Shown: positions 1-13,400 of the stretch, piece after piece
How the letters are laid out: the number at the start of each line of letters is the position of its first letter
Position numbering within the stretch: the stretch's first letter is position 1
Assembly: GCF_964204645.1 (NCBI RefSeq)
Contig: NC_134028.1
Location: 26,346,345-26,410,344 of the forward strand
Source: Tubulanus polymorphus
Taxonomy: Eukaryota; Animalia; Nemertea
Length of the DNA: 64,000 nt
Reading direction: 5' to 3'
Notes under the pieces: generated by a model
The model's input: the letters and a program-made list of their open reading frames with translations, nothing else
Database searches by the model: none
Told to the model about the DNA's origin: nothing
Program-made: the position numbers and the translations under genes

Positions 1-367
1 AAAGATTCTACCCCAGTGTGTTGAATAACGGGTATACCGCTATAGTGCTTCTACACCACGGTGCAGTGTATCATTAATTACTAATATTTCACTACGCTTG
101 ACAGGTGCTGCCATCTTCCAATAGAGATAATTACTTATTATAAGACATCGATACACCAGGATACAAGGTGGTGTACTATCAAAGTTGTTCGCCAATTCAT
201 AGTGCGGCGTAGACACACTAAAAGGGTTAAATGATTCTCGCTTAAACATGCCGCTGACACATGACATTTCACTAATTACATTGATACATCATGATGCGGT
301 GTATTAGTAAAGTGCTCCACCGATTTATACACCGTACTGCGGTGTAGATACACTGTTAAGGGTTAAA
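1..367. mobile_element. Partial or nested copies of the piggyBac-type MITE
   Basis: Reverse-complement similarity to 10159-10440 (gatggcagcacctgtca, ctacaccgcagtacggtgtataaatc); AAGGGTTAA ends at ~229 and ~367. Confidence 0.65.
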
Positions 368-1480
368 TGAGTCTTGTAACAAATTGAGCATCGTAATCAC
401 ACACAAACACGCTGCTGACATATGACATTTAACCGGGCAACCAGCTGTATACAATAATACAATTCATGTCGACTCTTCCCCGGAAAACACACTCACTGGT
501 TCACGTGTTTGTGGTTTCCAATGGCAACTAATGACACACTAAAACGCGGTTACGCGTCGAACGCCGAGAGTAAGACACAGAGATTTGTTTTATAACATCA
601 GAGAGGTGTAAAGGGCGAGTCGCTAGATTTAAAATGCCGCCTTATTATTAACTAATTAGATCTGCTACGGAAGCTCTACCAGTGACAGTTCACAAACATA
701 ATAATTACTGATAGATAGTGATAATATGATACATCCCTCTAGGGGGGAGGGGGAGGGGGAGTAGGGGAGCTCAACCAGAGGTTAACCAGTCCATTTGAAT
801 AGAGGAAGTGCCAGCTAATTTTAGACGCCCAAACAGGCAGGTCCGCTGGAACTTGAAATAAGGGAAAGGGTTAGGGAGAGCTTGAGGTAGGGAAAGATAT
901 GGAAGCCCGTTGATGACATACGAGATCATTGTTTATATCCAAGGCATAAATACAAATAATTTGAACTCAGAGTTCAGTACTACTCAAAGTACTCCTTCCT
1001 GTGTTATCAATATCTGAGAAGTGTTGATGTTTAACCTCTAACTAAATTTTGAGTAACTGACTCCTGACCAGGGGTGAATCCAGCCATGAACAGCCACAAG
1101 CGGGGTCCCACAGATAAATTTGAAGGAATACACCCTAAAAGATGTCAATGCTGAGAGGATGAGAGTGTCAAATTCACAGGTTTTAACAATCTATGTCTTG
1201 ACGAAAAGGGCTATGGGGAGACAGGGGTCGGGACCCATGAGACCACTCCCTAAATGTATCTCTGCTGACCTCACATCATACGAGGCAATTATATAACTAG
1301 AAATAATGTGAACTTTAAGAGAGTTCAATACTGAAAGAGACCCACCCTGTATACTATAAATAACTAAAAGGTGTTGACATCTTGATCTCAATTAAACCTA
1401 TGAGACTAACAAATATTAGATAGTAATGTAACAACACACAGCAGTCGAACTCCAACCGGAGCTCGGAGGTGGATACTTAC

Positions 1481-4400
1481 GTATAATTGGTGTTCTCCAT
1501 GATGTCGTCGGAGTAGGCTTTACTGAGTCGGAAATCGTGACCGAATAACTCGCGACTATCTAGCGAGTTTAATTTCTGTAAACAGTCGTCGTAGCCCATG
1601 TCTTTGAAGTCGCCGTGACTAGATGAGATTTTACCGTTCATTAAATACTCCAATACACCTATATATAACAAACAGTAACAGAAATTAAACATCGGTGAAA
1701 TGCTCCGAATCCGTGTTGTAAACCCAATACAAAGCACAAGAGCAGTTTGAAATGTTTCTTCGAGCTAATATCTATTTCGTCAACTTCAAGAATACAGAAT
1801 ATTGCCTTAACGTTGAAACATTGACTCTTTTCATTCAGTTTGATAAAATGAAAATATATTCATACACGGACAGGGTTAACTAGAGGCCCATGGGCAGTGT
1901 ATACGATCTCAGCAATAGCTATGGGCAGAGCATAAGTTCGCAATGTGGTCCATGGGCAGTGTTCGATCTCAACGAGGCCCATGGGCCACGTAAGATATCT
2001 GCGACCGAGGCCCGTGTAAAATCTCAGGGAGGCCCATGGGCTGTGTAAGATCTCAGAAAGACTATGGCCGCGTCAGATCCAATTGTCAGAATCGAAATGT
2101 ATCTGAATCGCATCATATTCAGTTTAAATAAATTTGTAAAATTGTCTCATAAATATAAAAGATAGTTGAAATGAAAGATAGCGTCGTGAAGAAGGTTAGT
2201 TAACTATACCTGAATTGGGCAATGAGTTGAGATCACCACATAAAACAAGAGGGATGGAATTGACGTTATCAGCCGATGACGGTGATGCCGAACCGGTTGC
2301 TGCTGCTGCTGTTTTATTGTGCTCTTCGATGATGTTCTTCATCTCGGACATCAGCATCATCGTTTGTATGAGTTTAACATCGCTGTATTCGGGATCCCAG
2401 TGAACGTGAGCAGTTACGACTAACAGAGGTTGACGGATCTCGTTCTCGGGCGGGAGTCCTACCAAAAAATAAACCATTAAACATTGTTACATCGATTGAA
2501 TTTATATGATATAAAGTCCCTCGCTTCGAGTAAAGATTTTCAATTTGTTTTTACCCCGACTATTCCCTGATAATACACGTTGATTTCCCTGACTTGATCT
2601 GCACAGAATCTAATCAATTAACATAGATGAAAACTCTTTGATTTTACTCGAGATCTAAACATATTTTCCAGACTTATCCCTTGATTTTGATCTTTTTTTT
2701 TTAAACGAAATTCCCCGGCTAAGAAAAGATAATACCCCGACTTTTCTTGATTTACAGGTAAGTGGCGCCACCCTGTGAAATTTAGAACTATGCCGAGTCA
2801 AATCTCTACCAAAAACAGTGAAACTCTGTCCTGTAAATCTATAGTACGATAAATAGTGAACCTCGGGATATTTCCATTATCGCAAAACCATCCGATAATA
2901 ACTGATAGTAATTTTAGACGTTCAGCAATTTTTATGAAATATTGATGACGTACAGAGTACTATACACATATACTATACACGAAACAGCGAGAGTAGCCGG
3001 TCCTCGACTCGTATCCGCTGCTGATACAACTCAATACTCGTCGATATGACATTCCCAGATATTTTTGTCGTCGTCATCATCTCTGTAAAACATGTCGATA
3101 ACTCATCTGCCCATCCTCTATTCATAATGTAACAGTTTCATCAGTTATAACTGTATCGGTTTCGAATGCGATACGTACCGTCATTAAACCCTCCTCCCCA
3201 CCAGCCCGTCCCCCCTCCCAACCAGCCCGTCCCCCTCCCCACCAGCCCCTCCCCCCTCCCCCCACCAGCCCGTCCCCCCTCCCCACCAGCCCCTCCCAAC
3301 CAGCCCGTCCCCCCTCCCCCACCAGCCCGTCCACCCTCCCCCACCAGCCCGCATAAAAAATCTTCATTCGTCTGGAATCGAAACATTTCCTTTATATCTA
3401 CGTCAAATTAAATGATATTTCTGTGTATAGGAAACTGAGAGGGCAGTTGAGTTTAACAGAGTAGAATATCTTATTCCGCAAACATTTGTGTTTTGTTGAT
3501 GAATGCAACAATTCGGGCGAACTTCCAATTTTCGTAGCGAGTCGACTCGTGGTCGCAGTTAATAATCGAGTGAACCTTACACATTTCGCAGTGTCGGCCA
3601 TCTTTGAACTAATTCTGAACATCACGTGGTAGACTATTTCCGGACTATAGTTCCGTCTAACTGATATTGGGTTTCACATAGTTCGCAAATAGTCACTTAA
3701 AACTACGAAAACCGAACTTCACCGTAGCGAAAGCCGATGAAGAAACACTCACCGTGGTCAAATACACCCTCTTTAGTTTCTAGTATAGCTGCCAATCCAA
3801 TATTATCCTTAGTGGTGACCCTGTTGATCATACCATGTGACCCCTCAGCAGACGCCATTGCTAACTGATTGAATTCCATCAAGTGTTCTTTCACCAATGA
3901 AAATCTATAATTCAAAATATTGACATTAGTTCATCTACCGGGTATATTTCAAGATTCAGTTGCGTGGTAAAGGCTAGACACATTTTGGTTCTGTAGCCAA
4001 TCTAGAAAATTTTTAGACCAGCCTAAACTGATTTCAGCCCTATGCCAATCTAACAACCTAGGACCAGTCTAACATTATGGTTCTAAAGCCAACCTAAAAT
4101 CTTAAACAAGTCTAAGCTCATTTGGTTCTATATCCAAACTAAAAACTTGACACCAATCTAAGCTCCTATTGTAGCAATGTTAGATTATTAGTCTAAGCTC
4201 ATTTTGCGTTTCAATCCAAATTCAACAACTAAAGAACCAGTCTAAGCGGCAGGAAGGGGGATAATTAGTGTCACACGAGTGGTTTAATCAATTTAAATCA
4301 ATAATCAGTTAACTACCGTGCGATGATTAGAACCTAAAAATACGTGATTCCTTAATTAATTCTATTGATCATCGAGGAGAGGAGAGGAGAGAGGAGAGAG

Positions 4401-7400
4401 AGAGGAGAGAGCAGAGAATGCGGGAGCGGGAGTTGAAATCTTGTTTTATGGTAATTAAACTCTTGATGCTCATCAGTTAAACACGACATATAGAATTAAC
4501 CGCGCGGAGAGAGAATTAACTCGATGTTTCGGCAGACGCTTGACAATCGTGGCTGTCATTACCAGAAAATCCTCTTCTCGTTCGTTATTCCGCGAAAAAC
4601 GGCTTACGACGATAACTTCTCAAAATCGATCTAACCTCGTTTGGAAGTTTAATCAATTCGAGCATCAAAAATCAAATCAGATCTCGACGCGTTTAAATTT
4701 GAATTCGAATTGACAAATTAGACCCTCGGGATCGGTTTATATACCGACATGGCATCGGATTCTTAATTCCTAAAATGTTTGATTAGTTTTCACATTTCGT
4801 GTGTGAACCCCAATCAAACATTTTAGGAATTAATCATTTAGGACTGAAACAGGATTCGGAATGTTGAATGTTTATGAATTCAGTAGGCATCACATTCTAA
4901 CCCCTAAGACATAAGCATCCTTGTAAATAAAAAGAACCAAAATGAGCTTGGACTGGTCTTAAGTTGTTAGACTGGTCTTAAGTTGTTAGATCGGTTATAG
5001 AACCAAAATGAGCTTGGACTGGTCTTAAGTTGTTAGACTGGTCTTAAGTTGTTAGACAGGTCTTAAGTTGTTAGACTGGTCTTAAGTTGTTAGACTGGTC
5101 TTAAGTTGTTAGATGGGTTATAAAACCAAAATGAGCTTGGACTGGTCTTGAGTTGTTAGACTGGTCTTGAGTTGTTAGACTGGTCTTAAGTTGTTAGATC
5201 GGTTATAGAACCAAAATGAGCTTGGACTGGTCTTAAGTTGTTAGACTGGTCTTAACTTGTTAGATCGGTTATAGAACCAAAATGAGCTTGGACTGGTCTT
5301 AAGTTGTTAGACTGGTCTTAAGTTGTTAGACTGGTCTTAACTTGTTAGACTGGTCTTAAGTTGTTAGATTGGTTATAAAACCAAAGTGAGTTTAAACTGG
5401 TATTAAGTTGTTAGATCAGTTATAAAACCAAAGTGAGTTTAAACTGGTATTAAGTTGTTCGATTGTTTAAAGTAGGGGTTTGATAACTTACTTTGACGTA
5501 CGGAAGAATATTGCGCAACCATCGACGTGTTTCCTTTCACTTTCACTCATCGTCCGCGCTCGTGACTTCGGAGAGAAAATACCGTCGTATCCGTCGTGTT
5601 TCAATTCCGGCAGAAAGAAATTATAAAACTGATCGGTTTCCACCTCCTGCAAATATAATCAATAAATTGGATAAATAATGAATAAAACGTCCCCCGGTTA
5701 AAGTGGGATGGCTCCATATTTATACCGCACTCGAGAGCAATCTTCCCATAGACAAATTACGAATGAAGTGAACAGCTAAACAACACTTGAAAATATAACA
5801 TCATCGAGAAAATTCAATTATGAACTATTTTCATTTTTATCATTATTATTATTATCATTACTATTATTATCACTAATAATAGTTTCAATCATAAAATGAC
5901 AGAAAATTGAATAGAAATGACAGGCGAAAATAGAAATTACAATCGAAGTAGATCAATATCAATCTCGTCCAATACGTCGGTCCAATACGTCGCTGAACGT
6001 TGAAAATATCAACCTCAACTAAAAACGTTTTTTAATTAAAACATAATAACAACAGATGGCCGAGATATCAATTCACGGGAATGAACAATTTCTGACGACA
6101 GCTGCGTCCTCGATATTTGATACATGTTTTTAGAATCGTTGAAGGTTACTTTCGTCGTCGTATCGAGGGGGATTTCTTTTCTCGTAGAAATATCGCGTTC
6201 CAAACTTTTTCAAAACTACTATTGATTTTTGCGGTCGTATATAAAATGATATGTGTACAGTTTATGCGATGATGTTACAGTAGATGTGACTGAGTTATTG
6301 AATACTTACACCACACGGTTTCTGCTTGAATTCACTATTGATTATCCATTGATTTATTGATTTATCTACGAACAGCCGGTGCCTGCACGCTTGTTTACGG
6401 ACATGTCGTAGTTTTGAGAAGAATAATAAGGTACCAGTAACGACGACCACCGATAGCGATCGATGCTTGATCCGATGTTTCTCTTTAATTCATTATTCTT
6501 AAAAAGTGTATGATAGGGGAAGGGAAGCAGACACCGAGGAGGACAGGAGGCAGGAACAGATTATCAGATTGATGACAATCAGTGGAGTGACAATCAAAGA
6601 AATGATCGGCGACGATCAGAGAAATGATCGGTGACAATCAAAGAAATGATCAGTGACAATCAGAGAAATGCTCAGTCACAATCAAAGAAATGATCGGTGA
6701 CGATCAGAGAAATGATCGGTGACAATCAGAGAAATGATCGGTGACAATCCCATGGTCACGCAGCCAGTCAAACGATGTTATGACAGTTTTATAAATTGCG
6801 ACATGTAATTCTAACTGGAAACCAATTTCGACGAGAGGGAAATTGCATCCGCTCGTCGTAGAACCCGAGCAGACGTGTCGTAGAACCCGAGCAGACGACT
6901 ATTCAACGTTCATAAACGGGTCGAGGGTCACTTTATAGTTTTCTTTCGTTTTTTTTCTTGCAGCGCGGGGCTGCGCGGGGAGAGGGGCAGACGGCATAGA
7001 AATCGAAATATTTCACACAACGAGACGCCGTGTTGATTTATTGTCAGAAATAACGTTAGATTATTGGTTCTCAGCGGCGTCCCTCAACGCTCATTCAATT
7101 AACCACTTCACTGACTGAAAGTCTTTACTTTCAGACGTCGTCGTCCTAGGTCTTCACCGGTCAGGTCAGATCGACGACGTATGACAGACGTATTATTGAC
7201 ACTCCGTGTAAAACCATCGGCGTAATTCATTACTGGAAATATTTATGCAAAAATAAAACGAACTCAGGAGATAACGATTTATCAGATATGTTTAGAATTT
7301 CGAACCAGATGTTCAAACTATCGATAACATCGAGTGAGTTCCATTTAGGATAGCAGAAAATGGTCAATTCAGCGACATAAACTACACTCGTATCCCACTC

Positions 7401-10400
7401 TCCCGCTGAGACGGCCACTTCTATTTGATTTATTTTTTCCCCGACTATGCCCTGACTATTCACAGCTCACATGGTGTTCCCTGACTTCATCTACTAAAAA
7501 TTCAATCGATGAACACCAGTCAAATACGTAAAACATGGACAGAAACTGTTTGATTTTATGCTGCGAATTTCAACAAATTTCCCTGGATTTTCGACGTATT
7601 CGCAAATTTTTGTACATATCTTCAAAAACACGATACATATTATATGTGTCACCAGAATAACGCTGCTCGATGATGGTTGGACGTTACCATGACAACTCGA
7701 TTACTACGGCAACATCTGCAGCAGCCCTAGCATCCACCCACGCGTGGTATCACGCACACACACACAGGCAGCCGGGCGCCGTACGAGGAGGCTTAGTTAT
7801 TTCGTCTTTGTCGGGACTGAAATGCGAAATTGAATACTCGCGCAAAGGAAAAAAATACAGAGATAGTATGAACACAAGAGGATTGAAATTAATCGCATTG
7901 ACGACAGATTCATCAAACGTATCTCGCTATACGGATTCCTAGTGTAGCCTTGTCACAATTATACGAAGAACCATCATAATAGAGTGAAAATGAATTGATG
8001 ATCCAGGAGGGCTGATCCAGGGAGCTGATCCAGGGGGGCTGATCCAGGGGTAGGAGCTGATCCAGGGGGGGGGGGGCTGATCCAGGAGCTGATCCAGAGA
8101 GCTGATCCAGGGGTAGGAGCTGATCCAGGGGGGGGGGGGCTGATCCAGGGGGGCTGATCCAGGGGTAGGTGCTGATCCAGGGGGGGGGGGGGGGGCTGAT
8201 CCAGGGAGCTGATCCAGGGGGGCTGATCCAGGGAGCTGATCCGGGGGGATCCAGGGAGCTGATCCGGAGGGGGAGGGGGAGGGGGGGTGATCCAGGGAGC
8301 TGATCCAGTGGAGCTGATCCAGGGGGGCTGATCCAGGGAGCTGATCCAGGGGGGCTGATCCAGGGAGCTGATCCAGGGAGCTGATCCAGGGGGGCTGATC
8401 CAGGGGTAGGAGCTGATCCAGGGGGGGGGGGGCTGATCCAGGAGCTGATCCAGAGAGCTGATCCAGGGGTAGGAGCTGATCCAGGGGGGGGGGGGCTGAT
8501 CCAGGGGGGCTGATCCAGGGGTAGGTGCTGATCCAGGGGGGGGGGGGCTGATCCAGGGAGCTGATCCAGGGGGGGGCTGATCCAGGGAGCTGATCCGGGG
8601 GGATCCAGGGAGCTGATCCAGGGGAGCTGATCCAGGGGGGCTGATCCAGGGAGCTGATCCAGGGGGGCTGATCCAGGGACCTGATCCAGGGAGCTGATCC
8701 AGGGAGCTGATCCAGGGAGCTGATCCAGGGGGGCTGATCCAAGGGGGCCTAAAATCCTGGTTCTGCCCCTGCCTAACACTTATATATCAAATTATTAATA
8801 CCACATCGATCATTCGCGTGATAAAACTTGTGCATTAAAAAAGCTGCTGCAACGCTTCGATAACTTTGACCGTAAACCAAACTACTCAACTTCATTACAT
8901 GAATAATTTAATCGCATTCAACTTCAAACGATTCAATCGACGATTATAATAACATTTCTATCTAATTGCCTGAATGAAACATTTCAAACGCTCGTAATTT
9001 GTATTTCGTGTCGACACGTGCGCAAAGTATGTTGTCAACTGTGCTGTAACGAGGAGAGGAGAGGAGAGGAGAGGAGAGGAGAGGAGAGGAGAGGAGAGAG
9101 AGTGAGAGAGAGGAGAGAGGAGAGAGAGAGGAGAGAGAGGAGAGGGGGAGAGGGGAGAGAGGGGGAGAGAGAGCGGGGGTGTAGTATTCTGTTACTCAGC
9201 TGTACGACAGCAATTCTTAAGACGACGACGGTATTTTCTTTCAAGAACTCTCGAGCAAATTCACAAACGTTTCGAATTCTTTGAAGATTTCGCGTGAAAA
9301 CAGGATAAAAACTGAAAGCGGCGTCGCACTTGCTACATTCAATCTGTCACTATCATTATACCGGATATTCAAAACCATTTCTGATTGACATCGGCGGAAA
9401 CCGAATTCTTAATGTCGACTCTTATTCATTAAATTCTATTTCAATCGTGGGTATTTCTCCTATTAAATTATCAGCATCAGTTATCAGGTATTCTATTATC
9501 TCCGCTAGAAGATTCAGCAGAGATGATAGAATCAGTTATGATACAGTAATATCTCTCCTCACATTAATAGTAACTATCTCGATCTTAGGATAATAGTAAA
9601 ATCTGTATGACGACATACAGCGGTATCTCTTTTGAGATTCAGCAATATCTCAGTATGACTCGAGATTCAGGAATATTTCGGTATGACTCGAGATTCAGGA
9701 ATATCTCAGTACGACTCGAGATTCAGGAATATCTCAGTACGACTCGAGATTCAGGAATATCTCAGTACGACTCAAGATACAGGAATATCTCTGTATCACT
9801 TGAGATACAGGTTGTATCTCTTTAAGATATGAAAGTATCTCAGTATCTAATCGAGATACAGTATTTCCACATCTCGATATATAGGAGATAGATATCTGTC
9901 TTACCTGTAAACTGATGATGTCGGCGCTGTAATGACGGATCTCTTCGATGATGAATTTTTTCCGGTATTCCCAGGCGAGCGCCCACGACGGGCAGTATCC
10001 GTACTGCTGCCGGGTACAGTATTTATCACATAGGACATTGTAACACATCACCGTATATACAGCTACAAATAAACAAGTTTTACAGGAATACATGAGATCA
10101 TTCTTTAAGAATGGCGACCATATTGGATTTTTCAATAATTGTCAAACTTGTGGGGTGTTTAACCTTTTCAGTCCGTCTACACTGCAGTGCGGTGTATAAA
10201 TCTGTGGAGGACTTAGCTAGTACACCGCATAGCAGTGCATTGGTGTAATTAGTAATCACTATAGAAAGATGGCAGCAGCACCTGTCAGATATAGTGAAAT
10301 ATCAGTAACTAACGATACACCGTGTTGCGGTGTAAGCAGTAAGCCTGTTATTCAACATGCGCCGGGGTTGGAATTCTTAGAAATTTCCAAATAATCACCA

Positions 10401-13400
10401 GCACTTTCGTGTTTTAATTAGTCAGCTCTGAAAGGGTTAAATATACTGAATGTATTGCTATTAGTCTAAATTGGTTTCTATATTAAACACATTTGAAATA
10501 TGAACCAATCACTTATATCCCATTCTTAGATAATAAACCAATCAGAAAATGTCAAATGTCATTTCTGGTTAACCTATATTCATTATATATCATTATTAAG
10601 TCAGATTTCATCTCGGTAAATTCTCAAAATAAAGTCCTAATATTGATACCGAAATATTAATAATGTCTGGAGGTTGAGCTATTTTTAAATGTTAATAAAT
10701 GTGAAAACATTTCAGCGATTTATCTTCATCATTGTATCATATGACGATGAACATGAACACGAACCGTTCTTTTATACGGCGATAAATGTCAAAACACGAC
10801 CAGTAAACCAAACTTTAGTTTTCGGTTCTTCAACAAATGAACTACAATCTCACTAAAGATCGCCATCACCAAGTAGAGCGATTTTAAAAACTTCTGATTA
10901 ATTACGAAACACTTTTTGATCAACAACAAAGTTAAATGTCACAGACGAAATGGGAGATTTTTCAAGACAAAATGTTACACGTTACACGAGGAAGTGAAGT
11001 TCAACAGGGTTCATTATGGATACAACGCTGATCCAAATTCACTGCTCTATTTACTGTATGTGCTTGAGAAAGCTAAACAAGTCATGGGCAGACAACACTT
11101 TTTAAACTCCGAAATTACCGCCATCCCAATGCATTTTGAATATGTTGTTATCTGGGGTAAATAGCTAAATTTAATCAAGGCAAATCTTTGAATTTTGACC
11201 CGGTTCCTCGTTATCTTCAAGGTTTTATCGCTCAAAAACAGTTTTGAGGCCTAATTCTACCGCTAGGTGGCAAACTGGGCTTTTTTTTCGCACTGCACGA
11301 CTAGACCCCCGTACTCACATTGTACCCAAGTTTTGTCAAGAATGACCAGCTATTAATGAAGCTAAGTAGCTAAGTGGTTCCACATGATCAAATTGGCCAC
11401 AAGAAAAATGGCACAGGAGTTAATGAAGAGGTTTGAACGCCTTGAAAAAGACCTTGAAAAAATTTTCACGCTTTTAATGCTCGTAATGAAAGGTATATAT
11501 ATATATATATATACCTGCGGTTTGATTTCTATCCGGATGCTGCAGTGGAACCCACGGGCGTTGAGATGGTTGACTCGCCGTGACTGTAACAAAAATAGAG
11601 AAATAATAAAAATACAAAACATACAAAATTCATTAAATAAAATCATTGATGACGCGGCGAACGCTCCCGAAACAACCATCAAACGTGTTTTACAACGTCG
11701 ACATTGAATGTTCATTTACAAAACGTAAATTTAGCCGAAAAACATCGATTTGCAAAAAGCATTCAATCCGCCAAAATAAAAAGGGCAAGATTTCTTTCTT
11801 TGTCAGCAGCGGAGGCAGTAATAATCATAAAAACAGCTACAAGAATAATATTATTTTATATGTCACAGCGGTCTCCTTCATAGCAATAATAACAATAATC
11901 ATACAGCGCAGAGTTCTCTCAGATTCACAGATAATAACGCTGACTTCTGACACTATTAATTACACCGAAATTAACCCTTCGCTAACCGTGACATTTACAA
12001 TAAGATGGATCAAACAGGCAGTAAAACAACAGTTATAGCTATATATACACGCGGTTCCTACGATTCCCCGAGGCACTGTCTTTTGCATAGATTTAAGACC
12101 TGTGTTAAACCATTTTTGGACTACATACTAACTTGTGAAGGAAATTCCTAGGTCACACAAGCGGCCTCCTTCAAAAGGATATCGAAATCTTATGACTATA
12201 TGATAAATTTGCTTTAAAAAAGTTTCGTCTGAGGCCAAATCTGCGACTTGAATTGATAAGTATTTCAAAATTTGAGAAAAGGGCAGATTCTACAGCAGTG
12301 TGTCTGTACGTTATTGAAAGGAAAGTAACTGCGGCAAGTGATGATGTGAGGTATATATTTGTATGATAGCGGTGAATTCATTGAATATTCAAACAGTCTC
12401 CCAATGAGACTTCATAACATCATACTTGACATGCCTGTCATGATCTACTGGTTAAATTGAAAATAGACCAGGAGAGAAGAGAGAGGAGAGAGGAGAGAAG
12501 AGAGAGGAGAGTGAGGAGAGAGGAGTGAGGAGAGAGGAGAGAGAGAGGGGAGAGGAGAGAAGAGAGAGGAGTGAGAGAGGAGTGAGGAGAGGAGAGGAGA
12601 GAGAGGAGTGAGGAGAGAGGAGAGAGGAGTGAGGAGAGAGGAGAGGAGAGAGAGGAGTGAGGAGAGAGGAGAGAGGAGTGAGGAGAGAGGAGAGAAGAGA
12701 GAGGAGTGAGAGAGGAGTGAGGAGAGGAGAGGAGAGAGAGGAGTGAGGAGAGAGGAGTGAGGAGAGAGGAGAGAGGAGTGAGGAGAGAGGAGAGGAGAGA
12801 GAGGAGAGAGAGGAGTGAGGAGAGAGGAGAGAGAGGAGTGAGAAAAGAGGAGAGTGAGGAGAGAGGAGAGGAGAGAGAGAGAGAAGAGAGAGGAGTGAGG
12901 GGAGAGAGAAGAGAGAGGAGTGAGAAGAGAGAGGAGTGAGAGAGGAGTGAGGAGAGGAGAGGAGAGAGAGGAGTGAGGAGAGAGGAGTGAGAAGAGAGAG
13001 GAGTGAGAGAGGAGTGAGGAGAGGAGAGGAGAGAGAGGAGTGAGGAGAGGAGTGAGGAGAGAGAGGAGTGAGGAGAGAGGAGAGAGGAGTGAGGAGAGAG
13101 GAGAGGAGAGAGAGGAGTGAGGAGAGAGGAGTGAGGAGAGAGAGAGGAGAGAGAGGAATGAGGAGAGAGAGTGAGGAGAGAGAGGAGAGGAGAGAGAGGA
13201 GTGAGGAGTGAGAAGAGAGAGGACAGAGGAGTGAGGAGAGGAGAGAGAAGATAGAGGAGAGAGACAGAGGAGTGAGGAGAGGAGAGAGAGGAGTATACTA
13301 TGAGATATGACTCGTCTCACCACCGCCACCACCACCGACACCATACAGGCAGCATGGGTGAAACTGTGAGCAAAGAGTTAAAAATCAATAGACGATTCCC

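Noticed and set aside
781-1400. Candidate final CNOT6 exon or piggyBac transposase remnant (YVINGLPYL)
   Set aside because: No DYIF/PSDH motif in the frames examined, and the transposase resemblance is only nine residues.
3122-3411. Gly-rich and Pro-rich ORFs
   Set aside because: Artefacts of the C-rich minisatellite.
3578-3614. Possible extra small CNOT6 exon
   Set aside because: Not phase-compatible with the flanking exons, which already join cleanly.
4934-5460. CRISPR-like repeat/spacer alternation
   Set aside because: The apparent spacers are themselves repeated, there are no cas genes, and the context is a eukaryotic intron.
7913-8779. 288-aa and 267-aa Pro/Gly-rich ORFs
   Set aside because: Translations of a stop-free minisatellite.
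12445-13344. 299-aa Leu/Ser ORF
   Set aside because: Artefact of the GA-rich tract.
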